Positions 8,842 through 18,197 of a stretch of DNA of 64,000 nucleotides are shown in pieces (position 1 is the stretch's first letter; each line of letters opens with the position of its first letter). Below the pieces are notes generated by a model, which was given only the letters and a program-made list of their open reading frames with translations, was not told the origin of the DNA and searched no databases. The stretch spans positions 7,070 through 71,069 of the forward strand of contig CASEKC010000001.1 of the NCBI GenBank assembly GCA_949288485.1. The letters run 5' to 3'. The stretch comes from an uncultured bacterium (GTDB taxonomy: Bacteria > Bacillota_I > Bacilli_A > RFN20 > CAG-826). The translations under genes and the position numbers were made by a program.

Positions 8842-9453
8842 ATGGGAAAAGAATTTGTAATAAGTGATTTACATTTTAATCATGAAAACATTTTAGAATA
8901 TGAAAGAAATGAATTTTTAACAATTAAAGAACATGATGAATTTATAGTTACAAGATGGAATAAAACTGTTAAAAATGATGATACAGTTTATTTTTTAGGT
9001 GATTTAACAATGCATATAGATAAAGAATATATTATTTCTCTTATAGATAGACTTAATGGTTATAAGATCATGATTAAAGGTAATCATGATCTTAAAAGTA
9101 AAAACTATTATAAGGTATTAGGATTTAATGAAGTATATGATTCACCTATTTCTTTAGAAGATGGAAAAATAGTTTTATCCCATGAACCTATTAAAGAAGC
9201 TTGGGATAGTGAATATATTATTAATGTTCATGGACATTTACATAATAATGAAGTTATAAATAATAAGAATTATATTTGTGTAAGTGCTAAAACAGTTAAT
9301 TATCGCCCACAAAATTTAGGAAAGATAAAAGAATGGGCAAGAAAGAATTTAAAGAAGAGATTTGTTTCTGAAGCTTTTGCACGGTATAGAAATGATAAAA
9401 CAAGTAAAGATGAATTTTATAAGAATAATTACAATATTTTAGAAGATAAATAA
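8842..9453 (+). CDS. calcineurin-like metallophosphoesterase
   Basis: ISDLHFNH, YFLGDL, GNHD and NVHGHLH metallophosphatase motifs. RBS AAGGAGGTG. Confidence 0.7.
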   Translation: MGKEFVISDLHFNHENILEYERNEFLTIKEHDEFIVTRWNKTVKNDDTVYFLGDLTMHIDKEYIISLIDRLNGYKIMIKGNHDLKSKNYYKVLGFNEVYDSPISLEDGKIVLSHEPIKEAWDSEYIINVHGHLHNNEVINNKNYICVSAKTVNYRPQNLGKIKEWARKNLKKRFVSEAFARYRNDKTSKDEFYKNNYNILEDK

Positions 9454-9469
9454 TGTGTTTATATTAACA

Positions 9470-10174
9470 AAAATAATATAAATAGATGGAACTTTTAAAA
9501 ATAAAAAACTAATTAAAAATCGCATAAAAGCATTCATATCTTTTATTTTTGTATCACTTAAAACATCTTTTTCAATATATGTTTGTACATAAGAAGAATA
9601 AAATTCTTCCCAATCTTTAGCTTTGTTATCATATAATTCTGGATAAGAACCACGATGAATATAAAACCAAATATCTCCATAAGATTTAATATGTTTCTTC
9701 CTTTTTTCAATATATTCTTTTGCAGGAATAAAATAATCATTAAAATCAATTTCATTTATTTCTCTAAGTGAAAGACCATTTAATTCGATAAGAGAAGTTC
9801 TTCCAGCAAGAGATTCTTTTTTATAGTAAAATCTAATTTTTGTTTATTTGATCCAGATAAAATAAATTGAGAATATAAGTTATTAGAATCAACTAATTCT
9901 TGCAACGAACCAAAAATTTCAGGAGCTCTTGGAGCTTCATCAATAAATGTAGGAATGGTTAAATTATTAATAAAAAAGTCTGGATTTGTTTTAGCTTGAT
10001 TAATCATGAAATTTGTTTTTAATGAAACAGTTTCAATGTTTGGATATAAATGTTCAACAACTGTTGATTTTCCAGTTTGTCTTGCACCTAAAATTGAACA
10101 ATATTATTGTTTTTAAATGAATTTTCAATAACAAGTTCATTTGCACTTTTATAATATTTTGTAATTACAGACAT
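9470..10174 (-). pseudogene. AAA-family ATPase (DUF4143-type 'ATP-binding protein'), frameshifted and 3'-truncated
   Basis: Reverse strand: start at 10174 with AGAGGA RBS; Walker A ILGARQTGKST only after a frameshift. Continues ...LIELNGLSLREINEID... then ends about 30 bp from the 8842 gene, well short of the normal ~400 aa. Confidence 0.55.
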
Positions 10175-10188
10175 AAATTATTCCTCTT

Positions 10189-10260
10189 GGTTGGCTAATC
10201 TAAAGTTAAACTTTATTTTAGCCACTTTTTATATATTGCAAATACTATATATAAAATAAT
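10189..10260. repeat. palindromic intergenic repeat, copy 1
   Basis: gGTtGGCTAAtcTAAAGTTaAACTTTATTTTAGCCAC + T/A-rich tail ...tatattgcaaatactat; near-perfect ~17-bp inverted arms. Confidence 0.7.
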
Positions 10261-10576
10261 AGTAGATTAAATTTGAGTAAAGTTTGTAATTGAAAAATAT
10301 AATTAATTTTAAGTATTTTAAATGATTTAAAAACAATAAAGAAAATTAATGATATTAAAAATAATAAGATGTTAGTAGTGAAAAAATATGATGAACTTTT
10401 AAAATTAAGAAATAGCTAGGAAATTAATATTAATTAATTTTATCAAGCTCTTCACGATATTATTATAAATTTAAAATTGATATTTTTATTAATAAAAAAG
10501 TTTATTATTATAACGTTGTTATAACAAATTATATAAAGTATAATAATTATATAAATAAATTTTAAAGGTTAAACAT

Positions 10577-10831
10577 ATGGAAAATACAAACATTACAATT
10601 AGAATTGATAAAGATTTAAAAAAAGATGCAAGCAAATTATTCGATGATTTAGGTTTAAATTTGACTACTGCAATAACTATTTTTTTAAAAAAAGCGGTAA
10701 GGGAGCAAAAAATTCCTTTTGAAGTTTCAAAGACAGATGAAATTCGATTTTTAGATAAAGAATCTTTAAAAGAGTTTGCTTTAAAAGAAACAAGAAGACA
10801 TCATAAAACTTATGAGGGACTTTCTAAATGA
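10577..10831 (+). CDS. RelB/DinJ-family antitoxin (ribbon-helix-helix)
   Basis: ITIRIDKDLKKDASKLFDDLGLNLTTAITIFLKKAVREQKIPFEV is a typical DinJ/RelB N-terminus. ATGA overlap with downstream Doc-like ORF. Confidence 0.65.
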   Translation: MENTNITIRIDKDLKKDASKLFDDLGLNLTTAITIFLKKAVREQKIPFEVSKTDEIRFLDKESLKEFALKETRRHHKTYEGLSK

Positions 10832-11203
10832 TTTGGTTAAATAAAGAAGACATCATTTTTTACATGATTATTTAATTGATGAATTTGGCGGAATAAAAGG
10901 AATAAGAGAAGAAGAAAGAATTGAATCGTTAATTGAACTTTCTTTTTTAAATTTGAAGGAAAAGAACTTTATAAGGGAAAGATAGAAAAAATAGCAAGAA
11001 TTTCTTATGCATTAACTGTTAATCATTGTTTTTTAGATGGAAATAAAAGAATTGGAGCTTTAGTTTTAACATTTTTATTAGAAAATAATGATATAAATAT
11101 AACATTTAATGATGATGAATTGATTCAAATTTTTATTAATATTGCTTCAAATAAATGGAAATATGAAGATTTTTTAAAATATTTAAAAGAGAAAGTGTTT
11201 TAA
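10828..11203 (+). pseudogene. Doc (Fic-fold) toxin, two frameshifts in T-homopolymers
   Basis: Across three frames: MIWLNKEDIIF|LHDYLIDEFGGIKGIREEERIESLIELSF|FEGKELYKGKIEKIARISYALTVNHCFLDGNKRIGALVLTFLLENN. Includes the Doc/Fic motif H-x-F-x-D-G-N-K-R. Confidence 0.6.
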
Positions 11204-11353
11204 TCATTTCTTATTGAACTAAACGTAAAAATATTTTAAATTATTTTAAGTGATTGGAAAAAAATACCTTTAATTCTTATAAAAATTGATTCTATACTTC
11301 GAATCCTTAAAAATAAATTTTTTATAATTATTAGCATAAACTATCTATTAAAA

Positions 11354-11425
11354 GTGTGGCTAAATTAAAGTTTAACTTTATTTTAGCCACACTTTTATTT
11401 TATAAATACTATTTTTATAAAAAAT
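11354..11425. repeat. palindromic intergenic repeat, copy 2
   Basis: GTGTGGCTAAATTAAAGTTTAACTTTATTTTAGCCACAC + ttttattttataaatactat. Confidence 0.7.
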
Positions 11426-11427
11426 AT

Positions 11428-12087
11428 TTATTTATTTAAAGAATTAAGATATTCATTATATTTATAAAAACATTCACTAAAATGATAATATTCATTTATT
11501 TTAAATGAATATTTTAAGTAAGAACTAAGTTTATCTTTTATTGTGTCTTCATTTAACATTCCTACTGTTAAAATATTTAAATTATCATACATATCAAGAA
11601 GTTTTACTAATGATGCTTCTTTATTTTTTAAAACTTTATTTATATAAATTGAATAATCTTCTTTTTTATTGTGTGTTAATAAAAGAAGAGGTTCTTTTAT
11701 ATATTCATTAAAATATTCACCTAGATCATTTATTTTAAAAATATTGTATAAATCTAATGATGTGATTTGTGTATCTTCAATCACATCATGAAGAATAATT
11801 AATTCTTCAATTCCTTTATAAGGAATATTAGATTTAGTTAATATTTTTAAAATATCTTCATTATTCTTATCTTTATTAACATGAATTAAATCTCGATATT
11901 CTTTTAAGATATTTAATGGATGAATAATATAATCTTCATTATTATTTCTTTTTTGATCTTTATGGGCATAAAAAGCGACCATTAATGATAAAGAAATACT
12001 ATTTTTAGATAATTTACCAAGATAATTATCATCTTTAATATTAAATATACTCTTATAATTAGTTTTAATTTTATTAAATAATTCCAT
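11428..12087 (-). CDS. small alarmone hydrolase-like HD-domain protein (RelA/SpoT hydrolase fold)
   Basis: YAHKDQKRNNNEDYIIHPLNI ... LIILHDVIEDT matches the (p)ppGpp-hydrolase HD signature (AHxxQxR...YxxHPL...LLHDxxEDT). Confidence 0.65.
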   Translation of the reverse strand: MELFNKIKTNYKSIFNIKDDNYLGKLSKNSISLSLMVAFYAHKDQKRNNNEDYIIHPLNILKEYRDLIHVNKDKNNEDILKILTKSNIPYKGIEELIILHDVIEDTQITSLDLYNIFKINDLGEYFNEYIKEPLLLLTHNKKEDYSIYINKVLKNKEASLVKLLDMYDNLNILTVGMLNEDTIKDKLSSYLKYSFKINEYYHFSECFYKYNEYLNSLNK

Positions 12088-12179
12088 ATTTTTATTTTCT
12101 CCTTTTTAAAATCTAATCTAATTTTAAAAAAGAAAATAAAAATATTGGTCAAATCTATTTTGACATTTTATTCATTTAT

Positions 12180-12569
12180 TTATTCAATTATTTTATTTTT
12201 GTAACCGTATTTAAATAATAAATCATTAACTTTATATAATTCATATATTTTATTTTCTAAACAATAACGAATTATTAAAGAATATTTAGATGATGAAGAA
12301 AGTGTATAATTAGCTTTTTTAAGTAAGTACTTGCATTCATGATTGGTTAAATGAAGTGTAAATACTATTTTTAAGATAGTATTTAAAGAAGGAATTGATT
12401 TAGAAGAAATAATCGAAGAATAAAGTTGTCTAGAAATATTTGCTTTTTTATATAATAAAGAAGGAGTAAAGTTATATTTATCCATTAAATAATATAAATA
12501 TGAAACAAAATCCATCTTTTTTTCTTTGTTTTGACTATGAAATTCAATATATTCTTCTAAACTCATCAT
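12180..12569 (-). CDS. putative helix-turn-helix domain protein
   Basis: 129 aa; central segment TPSLLYKKANISRQLYSSIIS is HTH-like. Co-directional and adjacent to the SAH gene. Confidence 0.4.
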   Translation of the reverse strand: MMSLEEYIEFHSQNKEKKMDFVSYLYYLMDKYNFTPSLLYKKANISRQLYSSIISSKSIPSLNTILKIVFTLHLTNHECKYLLKKANYTLSSSSKYSLIIRYCLENKIYELYKVNDLLFKYGYKNKIIE

Positions 12570-12694
12570 ATATAAATAAAATTATATCAACCTTTATAAT
12601 TTTATTAATAATTCTTTTAATAAATAAGATAAGAAGAAGTTAAAATTTAAGATATATTATAGGAAAATATAGAAAATTTAAATATTTAAAAAAA

Positions 12695-12765
12695 GGTGGC
12701 TAATTTAAAGTTGAACTTTATTTTAACCACACATTTTATTTTATAAATTATATAGAAAGTAGATA
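12695..12765. repeat. palindromic intergenic repeat, copy 3
   Basis: GGTGGCTAAtTTAAAGTTgAACTTTATTTTAaCCACAC + attttattttataaattatat. Confidence 0.7.
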
Positions 12766-12801
12766 TATAGTAGATAATAAGTTATTAGTTAGTTATATAA
12801 A

Positions 12802-13875
12802 TTATTTATAAGAATCTAAAACTTCTTTGAGTAACCATGGGTCATCAGTCATTATCGCATCACATTTTTTATTTATTAATTCTTTCATTGTTTTTTCATC
12901 ATTAATTGTCCAATATTGAACAGCCATATTTCTTTCATGAGCCTCTTTAATATAATATTCCCAAGTTAAATCTATTCCATACATCGAAGGCGGAAACATC
13001 ATGGCAGCTAAATCATCAGTATTAAATAAATTAATTCCTAACATTGTAGTAATAACAAATTTAGCAGCGCCACTAGTTGAAGCTCCTCTAAGTAAAGATG
13101 AATAATTAGTAGATAAATAATTTTCTACTTCAGGATGAAAAGTTCCTATTATTACTCTATTTAAATAAGAAGGATATTTATTAGTCAATAATTCATTTAT
13201 TTTATCAGCGGCTTTAAATCCTCTTTCTCCTTCATCTTTTATTTCAACTATATATAACATATCTGGGTTAGTTTCATAAAAAGTAGATAATAATTCATCA
13301 AAAGTAAGTATTGATAGATCATTTTCTTTAATTATTTCTTTTCTTTTAGGATTATTAAATGATACTAAATCTTTATATGGATAAGTATTATTATTTTGAT
13401 CTAAAAAATTATATCCATAATTAAAGAAAGATAATTCTTCTAATGTATGATCTTTTATATAATATTTTTCTTTATTATTAGTATATATTTCTACATCACT
13501 TGTTCGATTAATTGAAGGATCATGATGTAAAACAAGCTCATTATCTTTACTCATATATAAATCAGTTTCTAATATATCAACATTTATTTCATAAACACTT
13601 TCTTTATAGGCTTTTAAAGTATTTTCAGGATTAGAGATACTTCCTCCTCGATGGGCACAAATCATTGGTAAAGAAGAAGTGGAAATAAATGGATTAAAAT
13701 CTAATACTCTTTTAGGAGGTATTAGATTTATAGTTAAAAGAAATATAAAAATAAAACCTAATATTGAAGAAGTAATAATTATTGCTTTTATACTCTTTTT
13801 CATTTTTTTCTTATTATTTTTATTATTATTTTCATTATTATTAATTTCACTTATATTTATATTTTCTTCATTCAT
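12802..13875 (-). CDS. glpQ: glycerophosphodiester phosphodiesterase, membrane-anchored
   Basis: N-terminal TM helix, then CAHRGGS...ENTLKAY...ETDLYMSKDNELVLHHD GDPD-family motifs. Confidence 0.75.
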   Translation of the reverse strand: MNEENINISEINNNENNNKNNKKKMKKSIKAIIITSSILGFIFIFLLTINLIPPKRVLDFNPFISTSSLPMICAHRGGSISNPENTLKAYKESVYEINVDILETDLYMSKDNELVLHHDPSINRTSDVEIYTNNKEKYYIKDHTLEELSFFNYGYNFLDQNNNTYPYKDLVSFNNPKRKEIIKENDLSILTFDELLSTFYETNPDMLYIVEIKDEGERGFKAADKINELLTNKYPSYLNRVIIGTFHPEVENYLSTNYSSLLRGASTSGAAKFVITTMLGINLFNTDDLAAMMFPPSMYGIDLTWEYYIKEAHERNMAVQYWTINDEKTMKELINKKCDAIMTDDPWLLKEVLDSYK

Positions 13876-14056
13876 AATAGTTACCTTTTATATTTAAAAA
13901 AATAGTAGTAAATATTTTAATATTATTTTTAAGTAAATCAAAAAATAAGAATAGAAAATTATTATTAACTACTTAGTTATTAACAACGTAGTATATAAAA
14001 ATAATTAAATAAATTTAATATAGTAGATTAAAAGAAATCTAAAGTTTGATTAATTT

Positions 14057-15112
14057 TTATTTAAGGTTATATGAAATTTGATATCTAGTTGTATTTTCTT
14101 TACCATTACGACTTTTTTGTAAAATTTTGAAGCTTTTTACTCTTTTTGTTGCTCTTCTCATCGCTCCACAAATTGAACAAACAACATCTTTAAGATTTAA
14201 TTCATCTTGAATATCTTTACATTTTAAAATTATGTTATATGAACCTTTTGAAATACTTTCATCAAATTTTTTATTTATATAATCATCAAGTAATTTTTTT
14301 AAATTATTCCTATTATTTATTTTTGGAAGAACATTTTGAACATTGTCAAAATCTTTTCGAACTTGGTTTTTAACATTTTTTAAATAAGTATTCACATCAT
14401 TTTTTATCAAAGGATCGTTTTTATAACTATACCATAATATATGATCGATTTGATTAAACGTTAAATTTTGATTTTTTTCTTTTATTTCCTTACAAATTTT
14501 AAAGAAATTAACGTAGGAAAAATTATCTAAATTTGTATTTAATAAATCTTGATTCAAATATTTATAAGCATAATAAGGAAGAACATTTCTTACAACAGAA
14601 TCGTTAATAGTAAAATCATTTTTCTTATAAAACCATTCATCAAGATATTTAACAACTTTTGATGCTAAACTCTTTTGTTTTGAGCATTTCTTAGTTTTTA
14701 AATAATTTAAAATTTTATCAACGAGTTCGATATTTCCCTGTTTTAAATCTTCAAAAAAGTGGAAATTTTTATTAATTATATATTCTGTTATAGCATTTTT
14801 ACTTTCATTATCAGTTCTTGTTGAATTTTCACTAGAAATATTATCAATGATAAGTTTTATTTCTTTAAAAGTAGGATTATTTTTATCTTTTATATTATTA
14901 AAAGCTTCTAATCCTTTATTTTGATTGTAATTATTATCGCTTGATATAGCATCTTCAACTATTTTACTGTTATGTTCATTCAAAATAACCATTTGATTTT
15001 CGTCTAGTTGAAGATTTTTTTCGCATAAATTAATTTTTAAAGTATGTCGACAATATGGACAATAATTCCGATTAATATCAATTTTATTTTTGCAAATGCC
15101 ACATTCATTCAT
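14057..15112 (-). CDS. hypothetical protein with N-terminal (CGIC...CPYC) and C-terminal (CSIC) zinc-ribbon-like motifs
   Basis: 351 aa; MNECGICKNKIDINRNYCPYCRH at N-terminus, VVCSICGAMRR near C-terminus. No other recognisable domain. Confidence 0.5.
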   Translation of the reverse strand: MNECGICKNKIDINRNYCPYCRHTLKINLCEKNLQLDENQMVILNEHNSKIVEDAISSDNNYNQNKGLEAFNNIKDKNNPTFKEIKLIIDNISSENSTRTDNESKNAITEYIINKNFHFFEDLKQGNIELVDKILNYLKTKKCSKQKSLASKVVKYLDEWFYKKNDFTINDSVVRNVLPYYAYKYLNQDLLNTNLDNFSYVNFFKICKEIKEKNQNLTFNQIDHILWYSYKNDPLIKNDVNTYLKNVKNQVRKDFDNVQNVLPKINNRNNLKKLLDDYINKKFDESISKGSYNIILKCKDIQDELNLKDVVCSICGAMRRATKRVKSFKILQKSRNGKENTTRYQISYNLK

Positions 15113-15214
15113 ATTTTAAATTATATAATTTTTTCTAAAAAATATTTAAAAAAAGTTGTTATTAGTAGAGCAATAAATTATTAGTTAAAGATTTATAGAT
15201 GTTATAATCTAAAA

Positions 15215-16138
15215 ATGATTAGAAATAACGTTTTTGAGCTTATTGGTAATACACCATTAGTTAAATTAAATAAAATTATTGAAAAATATGATTTATCTTT
15301 TAATCTTTATGCAAAAGTAGAAAGAAATAATCCAAGTGGAAGTGTAAAAGATAGAGCAGCTTATTATATTATTAAAGATGCTTTTGAAAAAAGATTAATT
15401 AATAAAGATTCGACAATTATCGAAGCAAGTAGTGGAAATATGGGAATTTCTCTTGCTTTAATATCATCTTATTATAATCTTAAATGTATTATTACAATGC
15501 CTTCAAATGCTTCAAAAGAAAGAATTAAAATGATGGAAGCTTATGGAGCAAAAGTAATTTTAACTAAAAAAGAAGAAGGGATGAAAGGAAGTATAAATGA
15601 AGCAAATAGACTCGCTAAAGAAATTCCATCTTCCTTTTTAACTAAACAATTTGAAAATGAAGCAAATATTAAAGCCCATTATGAAACAACTTCTAAAGAA
15701 ATATTATCTGATTTAGATAATAAGATTGATGTATTTATAGCAGGAATTGGAACAAGTGGAACATTAATTGGTAATGCAAAGCGTTTTAAAGAAGAATTAA
15801 AGAGTGTTGAAATAATAGCAGTTGAGCCACTTTCTTCACCTTTAATTAATAAAAATATTGCTGGAAGTCATTTAATTCAAGGAATTGGGGCTAATTTTAT
15901 ACCTTCTTTATATAATAAAAATTATGTTGATAGAGTACTTGATATAAGTAATGAAGATGCTTATAGAGGGGTTAAATTATTATCATCTTTAGAAGGATTA
16001 TTTGTAGGAATATCTTCTGGTGCTTCTTTAATGGCAGCATTAACTTTAAATAAAGAAATATATAAAAATAAAAATGTGGTAATTATTTTGCCTGATAATG
16101 GTGAAAGATATTTAAGTGTTGAGGGATTATATGAATAA
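15215..16138 (+). CDS. cysK: cysteine synthase A (O-acetylserine sulfhydrylase)
   Basis: [13 protein letters not shown]-lysine context SGSVKDRAA, glycine loop GTSGT. Confidence 0.85.
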   Translation: MIRNNVFELIGNTPLVKLNKIIEKYDLSFNLYAKVERNNPSGSVKDRAAYYIIKDAFEKRLINKDSTIIEASSGNMGISLALISSYYNLKCIITMPSNASKERIKMMEAYGAKVILTKKEEGMKGSINEANRLAKEIPSSFLTKQFENEANIKAHYETTSKEILSDLDNKIDVFIAGIGTSGTLIGNAKRFKEELKSVEIIAVEPLSSPLINKNIAGSHLIQGIGANFIPSLYNKNYVDRVLDISNEDAYRGVKLLSSLEGLFVGISSGASLMAALTLNKEIYKNKNVVIILPDNGERYLSVEGLYE

Positions 16139-16931
16139 GACAATTATTAATTCTCTATTTAAATCAATGGAAAATACGAAAAAAAAGAATGATTTTTTAA
16201 AATTAAATAAAGATGAATTAATTTCTTTTTATAAAAATTTAATGCATGCGATGTTTTTAGATTTTATAAAAGAAAATTATAGTAAAAACGAAATTGATGA
16301 ATATATTGATAAATCAATATTATCATTAAAATTAGCTTTTAAAGATAAATATGACTTATTTATCGATAAATTTAAAGAGTTTTATTTAAAAGTTCCTTCA
16401 ATTAGAGAAGCATTACTTTTAGATATAAAGGCGATTTATGAAGGAGATCCTTCTTCTTTAGGATATGTTGAAATTTTTACGTGTTATCCTTCTTTTTTAG
16501 CAATAAGTGCTTATCGAATTGCTCATGAATTTTATTCTCTTGATTTGAAATTTATTGCTCGAGTAATAAGTGAATATGCTCATACTAGAAGTGGGATTGA
16601 TATAAATAGTGGGGCAAAAATTGGGAAATCCTTTTTTATTGATCATGGAACTGGAGTAGTTATTGGAGAAACATGTGAAATTGGGGATAATGTTAAAATT
16701 TATCAAGGAGTAACTTTAGGAGCATTATCTTTAAAAGATGGAAGATCATTACAAAATAAAAAAAGACATCCGACTATTGAAAATAATGTAACGATTTATG
16801 CTGGAGCTTCAATTTTAGGAGGAGATACAGTAATTGGAGAAAATTCGATTATTGGATCAAATGTTTTTATTACTAAGTCACTTCCTAAAAATTCAAAAGT
16901 AAGAAGTAAATGTATCGAGGATAATTTTTAA
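16116..16931 (+). CDS. cysE: serine O-acetyltransferase
   Basis: Hexapeptide-repeat C-terminus ([34 protein letters not shown]...) after an SAT-like helical N-domain. Overlaps cysK end. Confidence 0.75.
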   Translation: MLRDYMNKTIINSLFKSMENTKKKNDFLKLNKDELISFYKNLMHAMFLDFIKENYSKNEIDEYIDKSILSLKLAFKDKYDLFIDKFKEFYLKVPSIREALLLDIKAIYEGDPSSLGYVEIFTCYPSFLAISAYRIAHEFYSLDLKFIARVISEYAHTRSGIDINSGAKIGKSFFIDHGTGVVIGETCEIGDNVKIYQGVTLGALSLKDGRSLQNKKRHPTIENNVTIYAGASILGGDTVIGENSIIGSNVFITKSLPKNSKVRSKCIEDNF

Positions 16932-17104
16932 TATAGATATAGAAAAATGCGTTTCATTGAAATGTATTTTTTATTATTTGTCGATAATTTTTTGATTAAT
17001 ATTTCTTGTTTTTTTCTTTTTAAATAAATTTTTTAAAAAATTTTTATTTTTCCTCTTGCCACTTTGAAATTATCGATTATAATTATTTTACCTTTATTAA
17101 AAGT

Positions 17105-17131
17105 GGTTATTATTACATTGTAATAATAACC
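17105..17131. promoter_or_regulatory. perfect 27-bp palindrome (13-bp arms, 1-nt spacer), candidate operator
   Basis: GGTTATTATTACA t TGTAATAATAACC in the 450-bp AT-rich intergenic region upstream of the esterase/glycerate-kinase genes. Confidence 0.25.
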
Positions 17132-17384
17132 ATATCTAATGAACTTTCACAATAAATATTGAACATTGTTGAATAATTTATTGTCGTTATATATTTTTTC
17201 TTTTACTTGTTTATTAGTTTAGTAGATTAATAAATACTGTTTTTTGACAACTATATTTTCTTTTTTAATTGATTAAGTATAAATAGAATCAATAAATTTT
17301 CTTTTTCGATAAAGTAAAACTATATATATTTTTTTGATGCGATAGAAAATAAATTAGTTTTATAATTTATTTAATTTAAAAGTT

Positions 17385-18194
17385 ATGAATGAAAAATTAA
17401 AAGATTTAAATTTGATTAAAAAAGTTTATTTAGAAGGATATAAATCTCCTCTTCCTTTTATTCCTTTTGACGATGAAATTAAACGTGGTATTTTTCCATT
17501 TTTTAAATATGAAAAAAGTTTAACTGCGATTATTGTTCCAGGCGGAGGTTTTGATTTTGTTTCTTTATTAAATGAAGGAATATTTATAGCTAAAGAATTT
17601 AATAAAAATGAGATGAATGCGATAGTTTTATCTTATGGAGTAAAAGAAAATGCAAAATTTCCTTTACCAATTTTAGATTTGGTTAAAACTTATGAATTTT
17701 TAGATAAATATTCTTCCATCCTTAATATTGATAGTAAAAATTATATTCTTTTAGGCTCTTCAGCAGGTGCTTTTTTAAGTCTTGCTTATTCTAGAAAAGA
17801 TATTGGCTATCAATTTTATAAAATTAAAAATCCACCAAAAGCTTTAATTCTTTCTTATCCTTTAGTTAGTTTAAAAGATAATTTAACCCATCAAGGAAGT
17901 AGAGATAATGTAATTGGAAGCAAGTTAAAAAATGAAGAAAAAGAGGATTTTTATTCTAATGAATTACATATTGATAAAGATTTTCCACCTTGTTTTATTT
18001 GGTGTTTTAATAATGATGAACTCGTTAATAGTTTTAATTCAAAATTATTAAAAGAAAGACTTGATGAAAAAGGCGTAATAAATGAACTTATTATTTATGA
18101 AGGAAAATATCACGGCATTGGTTTAGGAAGATTTACACCCTCATTTGGCTGGTTTAATTTAGCACTCGATTTTATTAAAAAGAATATTAACTAA
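17385..18194 (+). CDS. alpha/beta-hydrolase esterase
   Basis: Oxyanion-hole GGGF and nucleophile elbow GSSAGA motifs. Confidence 0.65.
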   Translation: MNEKLKDLNLIKKVYLEGYKSPLPFIPFDDEIKRGIFPFFKYEKSLTAIIVPGGGFDFVSLLNEGIFIAKEFNKNEMNAIVLSYGVKENAKFPLPILDLVKTYEFLDKYSSILNIDSKNYILLGSSAGAFLSLAYSRKDIGYQFYKIKNPPKALILSYPLVSLKDNLTHQGSRDNVIGSKLKNEEKEDFYSNELHIDKDFPPCFIWCFNNDELVNSFNSKLLKERLDEKGVINELIIYEGKYHGIGLGRFTPSFGWFNLALDFIKKNIN

Positions 18195-18197
18195 ATT

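Noticed and set aside
10189-12765. Three regularly spaced similar repeats: CRISPR array or integron attC cassette array?
   Set aside because: Only three copies, spacing ~1.2-1.3 kb with whole genes between them. No cas genes or integrase. Gene orientations are mixed. Not CRISPR; integron-like interpretation unsupported.
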